The position numbers were made by a program, and so were the translations under genes. Under the pieces are notes generated by a model that saw only the letters and a list, made by a program, of their open reading frames with translations, was not told where the DNA came from and made no database searches. DNA of 33,628 bases. Origin: Trueperaceae bacterium (GTDB lineage Bacteria > Deinococcota > Deinococci > Deinococcales > Trueperaceae). How positions within the stretch are numbered: the stretch's first letter is position 1; each line of letters begins with the position of its first letter. The stretch lies in the NCBI GenBank assembly GCA_040905465.1, contig JBBDRK010000057.1, positions 57,780 to 91,407 of the forward strand. Reading direction: 5' to 3'. Shown in pieces: positions 18,016-29,176 of the stretch.

Positions 18016-19932
18016 TCAGTCGCCGGTGCTTGCCACCGGCTCTTCGCGCCTCAGTCCCAGCTCGCTCAGGAGCGTCCGGATGGTCTTCGGTCCGTAACCG
18101 AACTCTTCGTGCTGAGCGGCCGGGTTTCCGTGCGGGACCGACGTGTCCGGTATGCCGAGACGCTTCAGCATGATCGACACACCGTTGTCCGCCAAAAACT
18201 CGGAAACCGCCGAACCGAGCCCGCCCTGGAGAGAATGATCCTCCGCAGTTATCAGCAACTCGCAGCCTTGCGCCAGGCTCAGCAGCAGACGTTCGTCCAG
18301 CGGCTTGACGAACCGGGCGTTCACGACCCCGACGTCATCCAGTCCCTGGGCAGCTTCCATGGCGTAGTCGACGGTTGGTCCCAGTCCGAGGATCCAGGCG
18401 CGGCGCCCCTCCTTGAGAACCTCCCAGCTCCCCCACTCGATCTCCGGCCAATCCCCTACCGCCTGCTCGGCGGCGGGCTCGACGCTTCCGCGCGGCCAAC
18501 GAATTGCCTTCGGCCCGCCCATGCGGAGCGCGGTCTTCAACATGGAGCGCTGCTCGGCGGCGTCCTTGGGCATCGCCACCGACATGTTGGGCAGAGCGCG
18601 CAGATAGGCTAGATCGTAGATGCCCTGGTGAGTAGCCCCGTCAGCGCCCACGATTCCGGCGCGGTCGATGGCGAACACGACATCCAGGTTGTCGATGCAA
18701 ACGTCGTGAACGACCTGATCGTAGCCGCGCTGGAGAAAGGTGCTGTAGATGGCGACCACCGGCTTCTCGCCGCGAAGTGCAAGGCCGGCGCCTGCCGTCA
18801 CGGCCACATCCTCGGCGATTCCCACGTCCAGATAGCGCTGCCGATGCTGCCGGCTGTAGTCGACCAGCCCGCTGCCCTCACGCATGGCAGGAGTGATCAC
18901 CCAGACGCGATCGTCGGCGCTGGCCAACGCCCCTATCGCATCGCCGAATGCCGAGGACCAGCCGTACGACTTGCCGGCAGCGACGGGATTGTCGGGATCG
19001 AACTTGGAGGCGCCGTGCCAGGTGATCGGGTCCGACTCGGCAATCTTGTAGCCTTTGCCCTTCTTGGTGACGATGTGTACCATCGTCGGTCCGTCGAGTT
19101 GACGCACGCGTCCCAGGTAGTAGAGAAGCTCTCCCAGGTCGTGTCCGTCGATCGGTCCGACGTACCGCACGCCCATGGCGTGAAACGGATTGGCGCTCAC
19201 CGGATCGAAGAAGCGCCGAGCGGCCTTCTTCGCCCGCGAGCCGAGGTCCGCGAGCGGCTCCCAAAGTCCGGAGAGCGCACGCTTGCCAGTCTCCTCCGCG
19301 CGCTGGAACCAGCGCTGCACTTGCAGTTGGCTCATGTAGTGGTTCAGGGCACCGACGTTCTCGCTGATCGACATCTCGTTGTCGTTGAGGATGATGGTCA
19401 TCCGCGACTTGAGGTGGCCGATCTGGTTCAGTGCCGCCAATGCCATGCCGCCGGTGAGCGCACCGTCACCTATGACGGCCGCGATCTCGTACGGATCGTC
19501 CCGGCCATCGCGAGCCAGCGCCATCCCCAGCGCCGCCGCCAGGCTGGTGCTGGCGTGACCGGTCGTAAGCGCATCGTGCTCGGATTCCGCCACGGCCGGG
19601 AAGCCCGCCAGCCCCCCGGGCTTCCGAATAGTGTCGATCCGGCCGCGGCGACCGGTGAGTATCTTGTGACCGTAGGTCTGGTGCCCCACGTCCCAGATGA
19701 TGCGATCGCGCGGCGAGTCGTACAGGTAGTGAAGCGCGATTGTCAGTTCCACCGCGCCGAGACTGGAGGCCAGGTGCCCGCCACCGAGCGCGCACACGCG
19801 GATGATTTCGCTCCGCAGCTCCTCCGCCAGTTGACCCAGTTGCGAAGGGGAAAGCCCCTTCAGATCCTGGGGGCCGTGAATCCGCTCCAGCAACGTCGCC
19901 GGTTCGGACTCCAGATCGAGTTCGTCTTCCAT
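18016..19932 (-). CDS. dxs: 1-deoxy-D-xylulose-5-phosphate synthase
   Basis: 'GGHLASSLGAVEL', 'WDVGHQTYGHKILTGR', TPP motif 'GDGALTGGMALAALN', 'NDNEMSI', 'GPIDGH', 'YSTFLQRGYDQ', 'DGATHQG'. Confidence 0.97.
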   Translation of the reverse strand: MEDELDLESEPATLLERIHGPQDLKGLSPSQLGQLAEELRSEIIRVCALGGGHLASSLGAVELTIALHYLYDSPRDRIIWDVGHQTYGHKILTGRRGRIDTIRKPGGLAGFPAVAESEHDALTTGHASTSLAAALGMALARDGRDDPYEIAAVIGDGALTGGMALAALNQIGHLKSRMTIILNDNEMSISENVGALNHYMSQLQVQRWFQRAEETGKRALSGLWEPLADLGSRAKKAARRFFDPVSANPFHAMGVRYVGPIDGHDLGELLYYLGRVRQLDGPTMVHIVTKKGKGYKIAESDPITWHGASKFDPDNPVAAGKSYGWSSAFGDAIGALASADDRVWVITPAMREGSGLVDYSRQHRQRYLDVGIAEDVAVTAGAGLALRGEKPVVAIYSTFLQRGYDQVVHDVCIDNLDVVFAIDRAGIVGADGATHQGIYDLAYLRALPNMSVAMPKDAAEQRSMLKTALRMGGPKAIRWPRGSVEPAAEQAVGDWPEIEWGSWEVLKEGRRAWILGLGPTVDYAMEAAQGLDDVGVVNARFVKPLDERLLLSLAQGCELLITAEDHSLQGGLGSAVSEFLADNGVSIMLKRLGIPDTSVPHGNPAAQHEEFGYGPKTIRTLLSELGLRREEPVASTGD

Positions 19933-20030
19933 CGGCCCGAGTCTACCAGAGGTTCAGGGGCATCCTCGGTAGCGGCTGCCGCTCTCCAACACGGCGCACG
20001 GCCGCTCCGTCCGGTGCTGGTACCTGCTGC

Positions 20031-20729
20031 TCAGGGCTCCTGCAGCTGGAAGAAGTTGGTCTCGATCAGGAAGTAGCCGTTCTCTGTCCGCACCTCGCCG
20101 ATGTGTGGGCTGAACCAGACTGTCTGCGACAACCGCTCCAGCTCCCGGCCCAGCTCGTCTACGGTCACGCTCTCGAAGTCGATCACGAACACCGTGAACT
20201 CGCCCGCCGGAACACGCGCGTTACGCTCGTCCACCACCGTGTAGCGGTAACGGATGTCCAGTGAGGCCTCTCGGTGCTCGGGTCGTGCGTCGGGGTACAC
20301 GACGCTGGCCGTCGTCTCGCCACCCCAACTGGCGCCGAGTCTCAGAGATCCTGCCGCAGGAAACTCCTGGACGGCCGGCCTGAAGTCGATGATCGTTCCC
20401 GGCTTGATGGTTCGCAGCAGGAACACTCCGTCCTGGCCGTAGCTGCGGAAGTGCTGCTCGTCGATGCCGCGGCCGATCAGGTGCCAGCCGGTCACGACCT
20501 CGCCGTCGAGAACGGTCGGTCCATCGACCCTCTGATACACACGTCTTTCGTCCAGGCGGGCGCTGTCCGGCAGGTACTGCCAGGTCGCTCCGGTCTCCTG
20601 TGGGTAGAAGCTGACCGGCTCGTTGAGCTGCTCGACTTCCACTCGCGGCCCGTCGCCCGTTGCGGGCGCGCACGCTGCGAGCGGCCCGAAAAATAGCAGT
20701 ATCGAGAGTGCGAGGTATTGCTGGCGCAT
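20031..20729 (-). CDS. Hypothetical lipoprotein
   Basis: Signal peptide with lipobox 'LAAC' (Cys20) and a beta-rich body including 'VPAGEF'. Confidence 0.75.
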   Translation of the reverse strand: MRQQYLALSILLFFGPLAACAPATGDGPRVEVEQLNEPVSFYPQETGATWQYLPDSARLDERRVYQRVDGPTVLDGEVVTGWHLIGRGIDEQHFRSYGQDGVFLLRTIKPGTIIDFRPAVQEFPAAGSLRLGASWGGETTASVVYPDARPEHREASLDIRYRYTVVDERNARVPAGEFTVFVIDFESVTVDELGRELERLSQTVWFSPHIGEVRTENGYFLIETNFFQLQEP

Positions 20730-20793
20730 GGGTCAGCCTACCGCACCCCATCAATACCAGCGCATGAAGCAACTCATTCGCACGGCGGCCGGT

Positions 20794-21705
20794 CTACCCG
20801 CCTTGCGCAACTTTCCTCACCTCGTCGTAGACGCCGCTGTCAGCCGGATCGTGGCCATGGAGTATCGCCAGATAGGCGGCCACCCACAGAGACAGGTACC
20901 AGAGCGCCATGCCGGCGACCACAGGATCGACAGGCGGTTCGGTTAACACCTCAGCAAGGTCGAGGTTTTCGACCTGGGCGACTCGCGTGCTCAGGACCTG
21001 GCGTGCCAGTTCGGTCTCGCGGTCGTCGGAACCCACAACCAGGGCAAGCAAATCATCGCCCAAGGCATGATTGCCCTCGAGCGCCCCGCTGGCAAATTCG
21101 AGCGGGTGTTCGCCACTGGAGATCGCCAACGACTTGCCGATGCGGGCGAACACCCGCTGGACGAGCGGCTGTGCGGCGCTGTTGCTGCGGCTGGCCAATA
21201 GGAGCGGCACGCGGTTCCAGAGTGTCCAGGCCAGCGCCTTTGCCGGGTTGTCCTCGGTCGGTACCTGCGCCCGACATCGTCCCGCTATCGCTCTCAGGGC
21301 AGAGTTGATCTCCTCGACAGCGTCACCGTGGTCGGTGGCGTAGCCGAGGTAACAACCGACGGTGTAGACGCTGAAGGGGCTCGTGGCAACTTGAACGTCA
21401 GGCTCGTACGTTCGGGAGCCCAGGGTAACGACTTCGGCGCCGGACATCTCACTCGTGATCTTCAGTGGGCCCAGTTCGCCGAAGTCGAATCCGGTGGCCG
21501 TCAGGAACTGAGTTCCGCGGGTGACCAGCGGAGCATCGATCCAGGGACGCAACAAGGCGGGCAGGTTCGCAGCCTCGCCGAACGCGATGAGACCGTAAGG
21601 TTCCGGGCGTACTCCATCGGGTCCATCGTAGGAATCGGGCAGAGCGTCGATCGCTGCCAGGAAGGCGGCTTCGCGGTCGTCGACGGCGTCGAGCTGAGGC
21701 ATCAT
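20794..21705 (-). CDS. SIS-domain protein (phosphoglucose/phosphomannose isomerase C-terminal-like)
   Basis: 'NPAKALAWTLWNRVPL', 'FARIGKSLA' and 'SLWVAAYLAILHGHDP' resemble the PGI/PMI C-terminal SIS region. Confidence 0.7.
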   Translation of the reverse strand: MMPQLDAVDDREAAFLAAIDALPDSYDGPDGVRPEPYGLIAFGEAANLPALLRPWIDAPLVTRGTQFLTATGFDFGELGPLKITSEMSGAEVVTLGSRTYEPDVQVATSPFSVYTVGCYLGYATDHGDAVEEINSALRAIAGRCRAQVPTEDNPAKALAWTLWNRVPLLLASRSNSAAQPLVQRVFARIGKSLAISSGEHPLEFASGALEGNHALGDDLLALVVGSDDRETELARQVLSTRVAQVENLDLAEVLTEPPVDPVVAGMALWYLSLWVAAYLAILHGHDPADSGVYDEVRKVAQGG

Positions 21706-21859
21706 GCCTGGCAGTCTACGAGACCGGGGCCGAGCCAGGCGACACGCTGCCTACAGAAGCCTGGCCGGCGAACACGACTACGGAACACTGCCCAAGCGAA
21801 CCCGGTCTCGGCGCCCACGCCAGCTCCGGCTCATTCAGGCGCAGACGCCGTCGGCAGCA

Positions 21860-23092
21860 TTAACGTGAGCCGATATCACGGCGAAATTGCGCTCCCGGGA
21901 AGTCGATACGCCGAACACCGGCGTAGGCGGCGTCAACGGCGCTCCGGACGTCTTCGGCGACAGCGACGATGTTGAGCACCCGTCCGCCGCTGCTGACGAG
22001 ATTGCCGGAGTCTCGGGCGGTACCGGCGTGAAACACCATCAACCGCTCGCTTGGCGCGAACAACCGTAGCGGTATCCCCTGCCGATAGATGCCGGGGTAA
22101 CCGGGTGCGGCCATCACCACGCAGGCCGCCGCGAGATCCGTCCAGCTCGGCTCGAGCTCGCCCAGCCGCCGATCGATCACCGCGTCCATGACGTCCACCA
22201 GGTCGCTGCCCAATAGCGGGAGGACCACTTGCGTTTCCGGGTCGCCCAGCCGCACGTTGTACTCGAGCAACTTCGGTCCTTCATCGGTAAGCATCAGACC
22301 GAAATAGAGCACGCCTCGGTAGTCGACGCCGTCACTGCGCAGGCCGGCCAAGGTGCGTTCCACGATGTCGCGCGCCACTACCTGGCTGGTCCGCTCGTCC
22401 AGCAACGTCACCGGCGCCACCGCTCCCATGCCGCCGGTCATCGCTCCCCGGTCTCCCTCCTCGACCTGCTTGTAATCCTGGGCGATGGGCATCGGGCGGT
22501 AGTGATGGCCGTCGGTAAAAACCAGGTACGAGATCTCCTGACCGACGAGCAGGTCTTCGATAACCACGGTCGCACTGCCGGCGGCGAAAATCGCTTCGAC
22601 GGCTGCTGCCGCTTCCGTCACCGAACTGGCGACGGTCACACCCTTCCCCGCCGCCAGCCCGGAATCCTTGACCACTACCGGCGCACCACGCCGATGAAGA
22701 TACTCGAGGGCCGGCCCACTGGAATCGAAGCTGCGGTGTTGCGCCGTGGGAATGCCATGGCGGAGCATGAACTCCTTGGAGTGGGCCTTGGAGCCCTCGA
22801 GCCTGGCAGCCTGGGCAGACGGTCCGAAAACCCGAAAACCCTCCCGCTCCAGGTCGTCGGCCAGACCGGCGACCAGCGGCACCTCCGGCCCGATCACGGT
22901 CAGGTCCGGTGCCTCGCTGCGAGCGAGATCGATGAGCGATCCCGGTTCCTGGGTCGGGGCCACCAATCGGGCTAGTTCGGCGATACCGGCGTTCCCCGGT
23001 GCGGCGACTATCTCCCTCACCCGCGGCGACTGAGCCAGTTTCCACGCCAGGGCATGCTCGCGACCACCGGATCCGATCAGCAAGACCTTCAT
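21860..23092 (-). CDS. purD: Phosphoribosylamine-glycine ligase
   Basis: 'MKVLLIGSGGREHALAW', 'GPEVPL', 'LEGSK', 'GLAAGKGV', 'TGGMG', 'EYNVRLGDPE', 'SGGRVL'. ATG 23092 overlaps the purN stop. Confidence 0.97.
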   Translation of the reverse strand: MKVLLIGSGGREHALAWKLAQSPRVREIVAAPGNAGIAELARLVAPTQEPGSLIDLARSEAPDLTVIGPEVPLVAGLADDLEREGFRVFGPSAQAARLEGSKAHSKEFMLRHGIPTAQHRSFDSSGPALEYLHRRGAPVVVKDSGLAAGKGVTVASSVTEAAAAVEAIFAAGSATVVIEDLLVGQEISYLVFTDGHHYRPMPIAQDYKQVEEGDRGAMTGGMGAVAPVTLLDERTSQVVARDIVERTLAGLRSDGVDYRGVLYFGLMLTDEGPKLLEYNVRLGDPETQVVLPLLGSDLVDVMDAVIDRRLGELEPSWTDLAAACVVMAAPGYPGIYRQGIPLRLFAPSERLMVFHAGTARDSGNLVSSGGRVLNIVAVAEDVRSAVDAAYAGVRRIDFPGAQFRRDIGSR

Positions 23093-23709
23093 TCTGTCTC
23101 CTCGGACGCGGCGGGCGGAGTCCAGCCGCCGAGCACCAGCCGAATCGCCTGCGGATACGCGTGGTGCTCCTGTTCCAGGATTCGGGCCGCCAGCGACTCT
23201 TCGTCGTCTTCGAGCAGGACCGGGACCCGCTTCTGGAGGATAGTCGGGCCGGTGTCTACCCCCTCGTCGACGAGGTGCACGGTGCATCCCGATTCACTCA
23301 CTCCGGCCTCTAGTGCCTGCCGGTGCGCGTGAAGGCCGGGGAAGCGCGGCAACAGGCTGGGATGCACGTTCAGGATCCGGCCCGAGTGTTCGCGCACGAA
23401 CTCCTTCGACAGCAGACGCATGAAACCGGCGAGGCAGATGAGGTCTATATCGCCGTCGTGGCAGAGGCGGCCGACCTCCGACTCGAATTCGGAGCGCTTC
23501 CGCCAGGGAACGTGCCGGGCTTCTACTCCTCGCGACCGGGCAAGCTCCAACGCTGGCGCCGCTGGTTTATCGCTTACAACCAGCACCACCTCCCCCAACG
23601 GATCCTCCTTGCCGAACTCCGTCAACAGGACCCGCAGATTGCTGCCGCGACCGGACGCGAAAACGGCCAGCCGTGCCGGGCGTTCCAGAGGGAAGACCTG
23701 CCGGCTCAC
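23089..23709 (-). CDS. purN: Phosphoribosylglycinamide formyltransferase
   Basis: 'FASGRGSNL', 'LAGFMRLL', 'NVHPSLLP.FPG', 'GCTVHLVDEGVDTGP'. Confidence 0.97.
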   Translation of the reverse strand: MSRQVFPLERPARLAVFASGRGSNLRVLLTEFGKEDPLGEVVLVVSDKPAAPALELARSRGVEARHVPWRKRSEFESEVGRLCHDGDIDLICLAGFMRLLSKEFVREHSGRILNVHPSLLPRFPGLHAHRQALEAGVSESGCTVHLVDEGVDTGPTILQKRVPVLLEDDEESLAARILEQEHHAYPQAIRLVLGGWTPPAASEETE

Positions 23710-23740
23710 GAGGTGCTCCGGGCGTGGCGCCGCAGGCGGG

Positions 23741-24688
23741 TCACGTGGCCGTCAATGACTCCGGATGCTTCTTGCGCCAGTAGCGCTCCAGCCCGGCCGC
23801 GGTCATGGCGGCGTCGGACGTCGCTCGGTAACGCGCGGCGGTCTGCCGACCCACGTCCGCTGCGGCAAACTCGCGTTCTGCAAGCGCGGCGATTCGTGCC
23901 TCCAACTCGGGCATGCTCTCGCCGGCACGCAAGCCGGTGCGGATCTCGTCGGCCCAAATCCGGTTCCTCTCGGGCAGCCTTGCCAAGTGCTCGTCGGCAG
24001 CGGCGACCTCGCCGAAGTGCGTAAGGAGCAGCCGGTCCGGCACGCAGGAGCGCATCTTGGCGACCGACCCGTCCCACGCTTCGAGATCGGTCTCCGGCGG
24101 CGGCACGGCCGGCCGGATCAGACCCTCGGGCGGGAAGCGAACTGCAGCGGCGTCGCCGGTGAACAGCGTGTGGTCGTCGAGGAGGAACGCGGCGTGGTGG
24201 CTGGCGTGGCCCGGCGTTTCGAGCACCTCGAGCCGGCGGTGCTCGAGACGAATAGTGTCACCGTCGTAGAGCGGCCGCAACCTCTCGCGGGGCACCGCTT
24301 CCATCGGTCCCCAGAGGCTGTGCATGCGATCTCCGTAGATCCGCTCGGCACTTGCCAGCAGGCGCGCGGGATCTGCCAGGTGCGGCGCGCCCCGATGGTG
24401 CACGTGTACGAGTGCGCCGCTCCGCCGGGCCAGTTCACCGGCTGCTCCCGCGTGATCGAGGTGAATGTGGGTAAGCACGATATGTTCCAGTCCCGCCAGG
24501 TCGTATCCCGCGGCGGCGATAGTCGCCTCCACGGTAGTGCAGGTGGAGCCCGGTCCGGTCTCGACGAGGGCGAAGGCGCCGCCGGCCAGCGGCAGCAGGT
24601 ACACGCCGACGGTCCCGGCCAGTCCGGCGTGGCCGGTGTCGAGCAGCAGTACGCCGCCCAGGTCCTGGACCGGCGGCACTTCGTTCAC
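23741..24688 (-). CDS. MBL-fold metallo-hydrolase
   Basis: 'THIHLDHAG', 'TPGHASHH', 'FTGD', 'THFG'. GTG 24688 overlaps the FAH gene's stop. Confidence 0.9.
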   Translation of the reverse strand: MNEVPPVQDLGGVLLLDTGHAGLAGTVGVYLLPLAGGAFALVETGPGSTCTTVEATIAAAGYDLAGLEHIVLTHIHLDHAGAAGELARRSGALVHVHHRGAPHLADPARLLASAERIYGDRMHSLWGPMEAVPRERLRPLYDGDTIRLEHRRLEVLETPGHASHHAAFLLDDHTLFTGDAAAVRFPPEGLIRPAVPPPETDLEAWDGSVAKMRSCVPDRLLLTHFGEVAAADEHLARLPERNRIWADEIRTGLRAGESMPELEARIAALAEREFAAADVGRQTAARYRATSDAAMTAAGLERYWRKKHPESLTAT

Positions 24689-25440
24689 AGGCGCTCGACG
24701 ACGTTCACCAGGCTGCCGATGCCCTCCACCGTCACTTCGACCTCGTCGCCCACGCTCAGTTCGCCTACTCCCTCCGGAGTCCCGGTGAGCACTACGTCGC
24801 CGGGCCGCAGGGTCATGAAGTTGGATATGTAGGCCAGTACCGTGGGCACCGAGAAGAGCAGGTCGCTGGTGTTGCCGTCCTGCCTGAGCGTGCCGTTGAC
24901 CCGAGTCTGCAGCCCCACGGCAGCGGGATCGAAATCGGTCTCCAGCCACGGCCCGATCGGGCAGAATCCATCGGCCGACTTCGCCCGCGCCCACTGCAGG
25001 TCGCTGCGTTGCCGGTCGCGGGCGGTGACGTCGCACGCGCAGGTGTAGCCCAGAACGTAGTCCAGGGCGTGCTCGGCACTCACCCGGCGCATCTCGCGAC
25101 CGATTACCAGCGCCAACTCACCCTCGTAATGCAGTTCGTTCGTCCATACCGGGTAGGGAATCGGATCTCCCGGAGCGGAGAGCGAGTTGGGCGCTTTCAG
25201 GAACAGTCCCGGTTCGTTCGGAAGATCCTCGTCGCCGCCAAGTTCGCGAATATGCCTGGCGTAGTTCTTGCCGACACAAACTATCGTTTGCGGCTCGCAT
25301 GGAGGGAGCAGGGTGACGTCGGAAAGCATTTCGGCGCCACCGTCGGGCATTCCCAGCATCCCGTCCAGCCTGGCGATCCTGCCGCCGTCCAGATCGCCCC
25401 AACTGATCCCTTCGGCGCCCCGATACCTTACGCGTTGCAT
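24685..25440 (-). CDS. Fumarylacetoacetate hydrolase family protein
   Basis: 'CVGKNY..H', 'FLK', 'HYEGELA', 'DVTARD.Q', 'KSADGFCPIGPW', 'PGDVVLTGTPEGVG'. Confidence 0.93.
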   Translation of the reverse strand: MQRVRYRGAEGISWGDLDGGRIARLDGMLGMPDGGAEMLSDVTLLPPCEPQTIVCVGKNYARHIRELGGDEDLPNEPGLFLKAPNSLSAPGDPIPYPVWTNELHYEGELALVIGREMRRVSAEHALDYVLGYTCACDVTARDRQRSDLQWARAKSADGFCPIGPWLETDFDPAAVGLQTRVNGTLRQDGNTSDLLFSVPTVLAYISNFMTLRPGDVVLTGTPEGVGELSVGDEVEVTVEGIGSLVNVVERL

Positions 25441-25491
25441 GTCGCCTCCTCGAGCGCCCCCGCTCCGGCGGGTGTCGGACCGGCAGTCATT

Positions 25492-27393
25492 TTAACCCCG
25501 CTCCGCCAGCCGGTCACTGTGGGCCTGTTGCGCCGTCTCCCACTGCGCCATCGCCTCGATCAGTTGCTCTTCGAGTTCGTCGTGCGTCCGCCCGAGCTCG
25601 GCGATGAGCTCGGGTGACAGCTCCTCCGGGCGCGAGAGGTCCCGGTCTACCCGAACCAACGAGTCCTCCAGCTCGTCAACCCGGTCCTCCAGCTCCTGGA
25701 GGGTACGCTCGAGTTGCCAGCGTGACGGCCCGCTTGCTCGTTTCCGCGGCCGCTCCCGGCTCTTTCCGCTTGCCTGGCCGTCGCCTTTCACGTTATTGCG
25801 CTGTTCACGCTTGCGCAGATAGAACTCGAGGTCGCCCCCGTACTGCTCGAAGCGCCCGTCCCTGAGCTCCCAGATCAGCTCCGCCGTCTCGGCCACGAAA
25901 CGCCGGTCGTGGGAGATGAGCAGCACCGTGCCTTCGAACTGGGTAAGTGCCGCCTCTAGCGCCTCGATCATCTCTAGGTCGAGATGGTTGGTCGGTTCGT
26001 CGAGCACCAACAGGTTGCAGCGCGCCAGGGTCAGTTTCAGCAACGCCAGTCGCGCGCGTTCGCCGCCCGACAGATCGGCGATCCGTTTGTACTGGGCCTC
26101 GTACGGGAACAGGAAGTTGCCGAGCAGGTTGTGTGCCTCGACGTCGCCGACTAGGCGGATCATCTCCTCGATAAGCGTCTTCCCTGGGTCGACGCCGCCG
26201 AGCTCCTGGTCGTAGTAGCCTACCCGCACACGCGAACCGAAGGTGACGGAACCGCGCGGGTCGTCGCTGGGCTCGTCGCCCAGCAGTACCCGCAGGAAGG
26301 TCGTCTTTCCGGCTCCGTTCGGTCCAAGGAGGGCGATCCTCTCACCTTTCCGGACCGTAAGCGAGACCTCCTGGAACAGCCTTTGATCGTAGGCCTTGCT
26401 CAGATAGTCCGCCTGCAGTACGATATCGCCGGACGGATCGGCGTCGAAGCGGAACCTGGTGGTCCTCTCACCGGGAGGCGCATCCTCGATCATCTCGTCC
26501 TCGAAGCGTTCCACGCGCTTCTCCATCGACTTTGCGCGGCGGTGGAGCTTGGCGTTCTGTCCGGCCCACTTCTTCATCTGGCTGGCGGCGCTGGCGAGGC
26601 GGTCGTGCTCCTTGCGCTCATTGGCCCTGGTGGCGGCGTCGATGCGCTCCTGTTCGGCTCGCGCCGCTCGGTACGCGCTGGGGTTGCCGTCGAAACAGCG
26701 CAAGGTTCCGAGCGAGATCTCGGCGGTGGCGGAGCACGCCCCATCGAGGAAGCTGCGGTCGTGCGAGACCACCAGCGCCGCGCCTGGATAACGCGACAGG
26801 TATCCCTCGAGCCAGGAGCGCATCTCCATGTCGAGGTGGTTGGTGGGCTCGTCCAACAGCAGCACGTCTGGTTGTGACATCAGCAGCCGAGCGAGGCCCA
26901 GACGGGTCTTCTCGCCGCCCGAAAGCGATTCCGCCGGCTGGTGCTCACGTCCGCGAAAGCCGAGGGCGTAAAGCACCGAGTCTCGCCGCGATCGCCGCTC
27001 GTATCCTCCGCGACGTTCGAACGTCTCGTGAAGCTCCTCCCAGCGCGCGTAGGTATCGGGATCGTCGAGTCCGGAGCGTTCCAGGTCCGACAGGCGCGCC
27101 TCGAGCGCGTCGAGTCGTGCGAACGCGGCTTCGCACAGCTCGAGCACCGACACGCCGGTCTCGGTCGCCAGGTCCTGTTCGAGCAATCCCAACTCTATCC
27201 CCTCGCGTACGAACACCTGTCCCCCGTCGGGACTCTCTTTGCCCGAGAGCAGCCGCAACACCGTCGACTTGCCGGAACCGTTGCGGCCGATGAGCGCCGT
27301 GCGCGCAGCAGGCCTGAGTTCGAGAGTAGCTCGGTCGAGAACCGTCTGTCCGCCGTAGAACTTGTCGACGGCCTGTAGCGAAGCGAGAATCAT
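25492..27393 (-). CDS. ABC-F family ATPase with a C-terminal coiled-coil domain
   Basis: Two ABC cassettes ('GRNGSGKST...LSGGEK...LLDEPTNHLD' and 'GPNGAGKTT...LSGGER...LDEPTNHLD'), an interdomain linker and no TM segments. Confidence 0.95.
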   Translation of the reverse strand: MILASLQAVDKFYGGQTVLDRATLELRPAARTALIGRNGSGKSTVLRLLSGKESPDGGQVFVREGIELGLLEQDLATETGVSVLELCEAAFARLDALEARLSDLERSGLDDPDTYARWEELHETFERRGGYERRSRRDSVLYALGFRGREHQPAESLSGGEKTRLGLARLLMSQPDVLLLDEPTNHLDMEMRSWLEGYLSRYPGAALVVSHDRSFLDGACSATAEISLGTLRCFDGNPSAYRAARAEQERIDAATRANERKEHDRLASAASQMKKWAGQNAKLHRRAKSMEKRVERFEDEMIEDAPPGERTTRFRFDADPSGDIVLQADYLSKAYDQRLFQEVSLTVRKGERIALLGPNGAGKTTFLRVLLGDEPSDDPRGSVTFGSRVRVGYYDQELGGVDPGKTLIEEMIRLVGDVEAHNLLGNFLFPYEAQYKRIADLSGGERARLALLKLTLARCNLLVLDEPTNHLDLEMIEALEAALTQFEGTVLLISHDRRFVAETAELIWELRDGRFEQYGGDLEFYLRKREQRNNVKGDGQASGKSRERPRKRASGPSRWQLERTLQELEDRVDELEDSLVRVDRDLSRPEELSPELIAELGRTHDELEEQLIEAMAQWETAQQAHSDRLAERG

Positions 27394-27495
27394 TGCGAAT
27401 CCAGTCTACGTGCCGGCTGCTGTCCGGCGTGTCCCGAACGTACCGATCGGGGCGAGTGGCCCGGCAACGGACCGGGGATCGAGAGCGCGGCAACC

Positions 27496-27540
27496 GCGCG
27501 CTTGCTGACACTCGACTTGGTGCCGCTCGACTTGCTGCCG
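27496..27540. repeat. Three imperfect 15-bp tandem repeats
   Basis: gcgcgcttgctgaca / ctcgacttggtgccg / ctcgacttgctgccg. Confidence 0.55.
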
Positions 27541-27558
27541 CGAAATCGCCAACGACGA

Positions 27559-27584
27559 AGCCCACCCGGCGTACCGGGTGGGCT
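27559..27584 (-). terminator. Hairpin after the sugar ABC ATPase gene (probable terminator)
   Basis: Perfect 11-bp stem AGCCCACCCGG/CCGGGTGGGCT with a 4-nt loop and a weak T tail. Confidence 0.55.
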
Positions 27585-27604
27585 CGACTCGTCAACTGCC
27601 GCCG

Positions 27605-28702
<1,098 letters not shown>

Positions 28703-28781
28703 GCTCTTATCCTCCTAAGGATCATGAATTGTCGGCTGGAGAAACTTTAGCATGTCCTTTGGCGGGGGAGGGCAAATCGGC

Positions 28782-28816
28782 TTGAAACACGACCCGTTTA
28801 CGGACTATATTTGGTC
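28782..28816 (+). promoter_or_regulatory. Promoter/operator of the phd-relE operon
   Basis: TTGAAA, 18-bp spacer, TATATT. The -10 sits inside the imperfect palindrome GACTATATTTGGTC, consistent with TA autorepression. Confidence 0.6.
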
Positions 28817-28909
28817 TTGCGGCCGGGTCGCGGTGCCACCGCGAGATGACGGGCGCGCGTCAACAGGTCGATACGGCATAGCGCTACGAGGAAGGTCGTG
28901 GGAGATTAC

Positions 28910-29176
28910 GTGAAGCTATCGAGCCGGATCAGACCCATCAGCTACCTGAAGACCCACGCAGCCGCGATAGTTCGAACCCTGGGCGAACAGGGCGAACCGT
29001 TGATCATCACCCAGAACGGAGAGGCGAAGGTGGTGATTCAGGACATTGCCAGTTACGAACAGACGCAGGAGACCATGACGTTACTGAAGATCCTTGCGCT
29101 CGGCAATCGTCAGGCGGACGAGGGCAAGCTCCAGCCCGCCGACGAGGCGATCAGCAGTCTGCGGCAACGGACGTGA
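28910..29176 (+). CDS. Phd/YefM family antitoxin
   Basis: 'IRPISYLKTHAAAIV...PLIITQNGEAKVVIQDIASYE'. SD GGAG before GTG 28910. Confidence 0.92.
   Translation: MKLSSRIRPISYLKTHAAAIVRTLGEQGEPLIITQNGEAKVVIQDIASYEQTQETMTLLKILALGNRQADEGKLQPADEAISSLRQRT

Noticed and set aside
21719-21810. 10-bp inverted repeat CGAGACCGGG/CCCGGTCTCG downstream of purD
   Set aside because: Short, GC-rich and single-copy in this window, with no function assignable.
23709-23741. Purine or ZTP riboswitch upstream of purN
   Set aside because: The gap is only 31 bp, and no aptamer consensus was seen here or upstream of the run.
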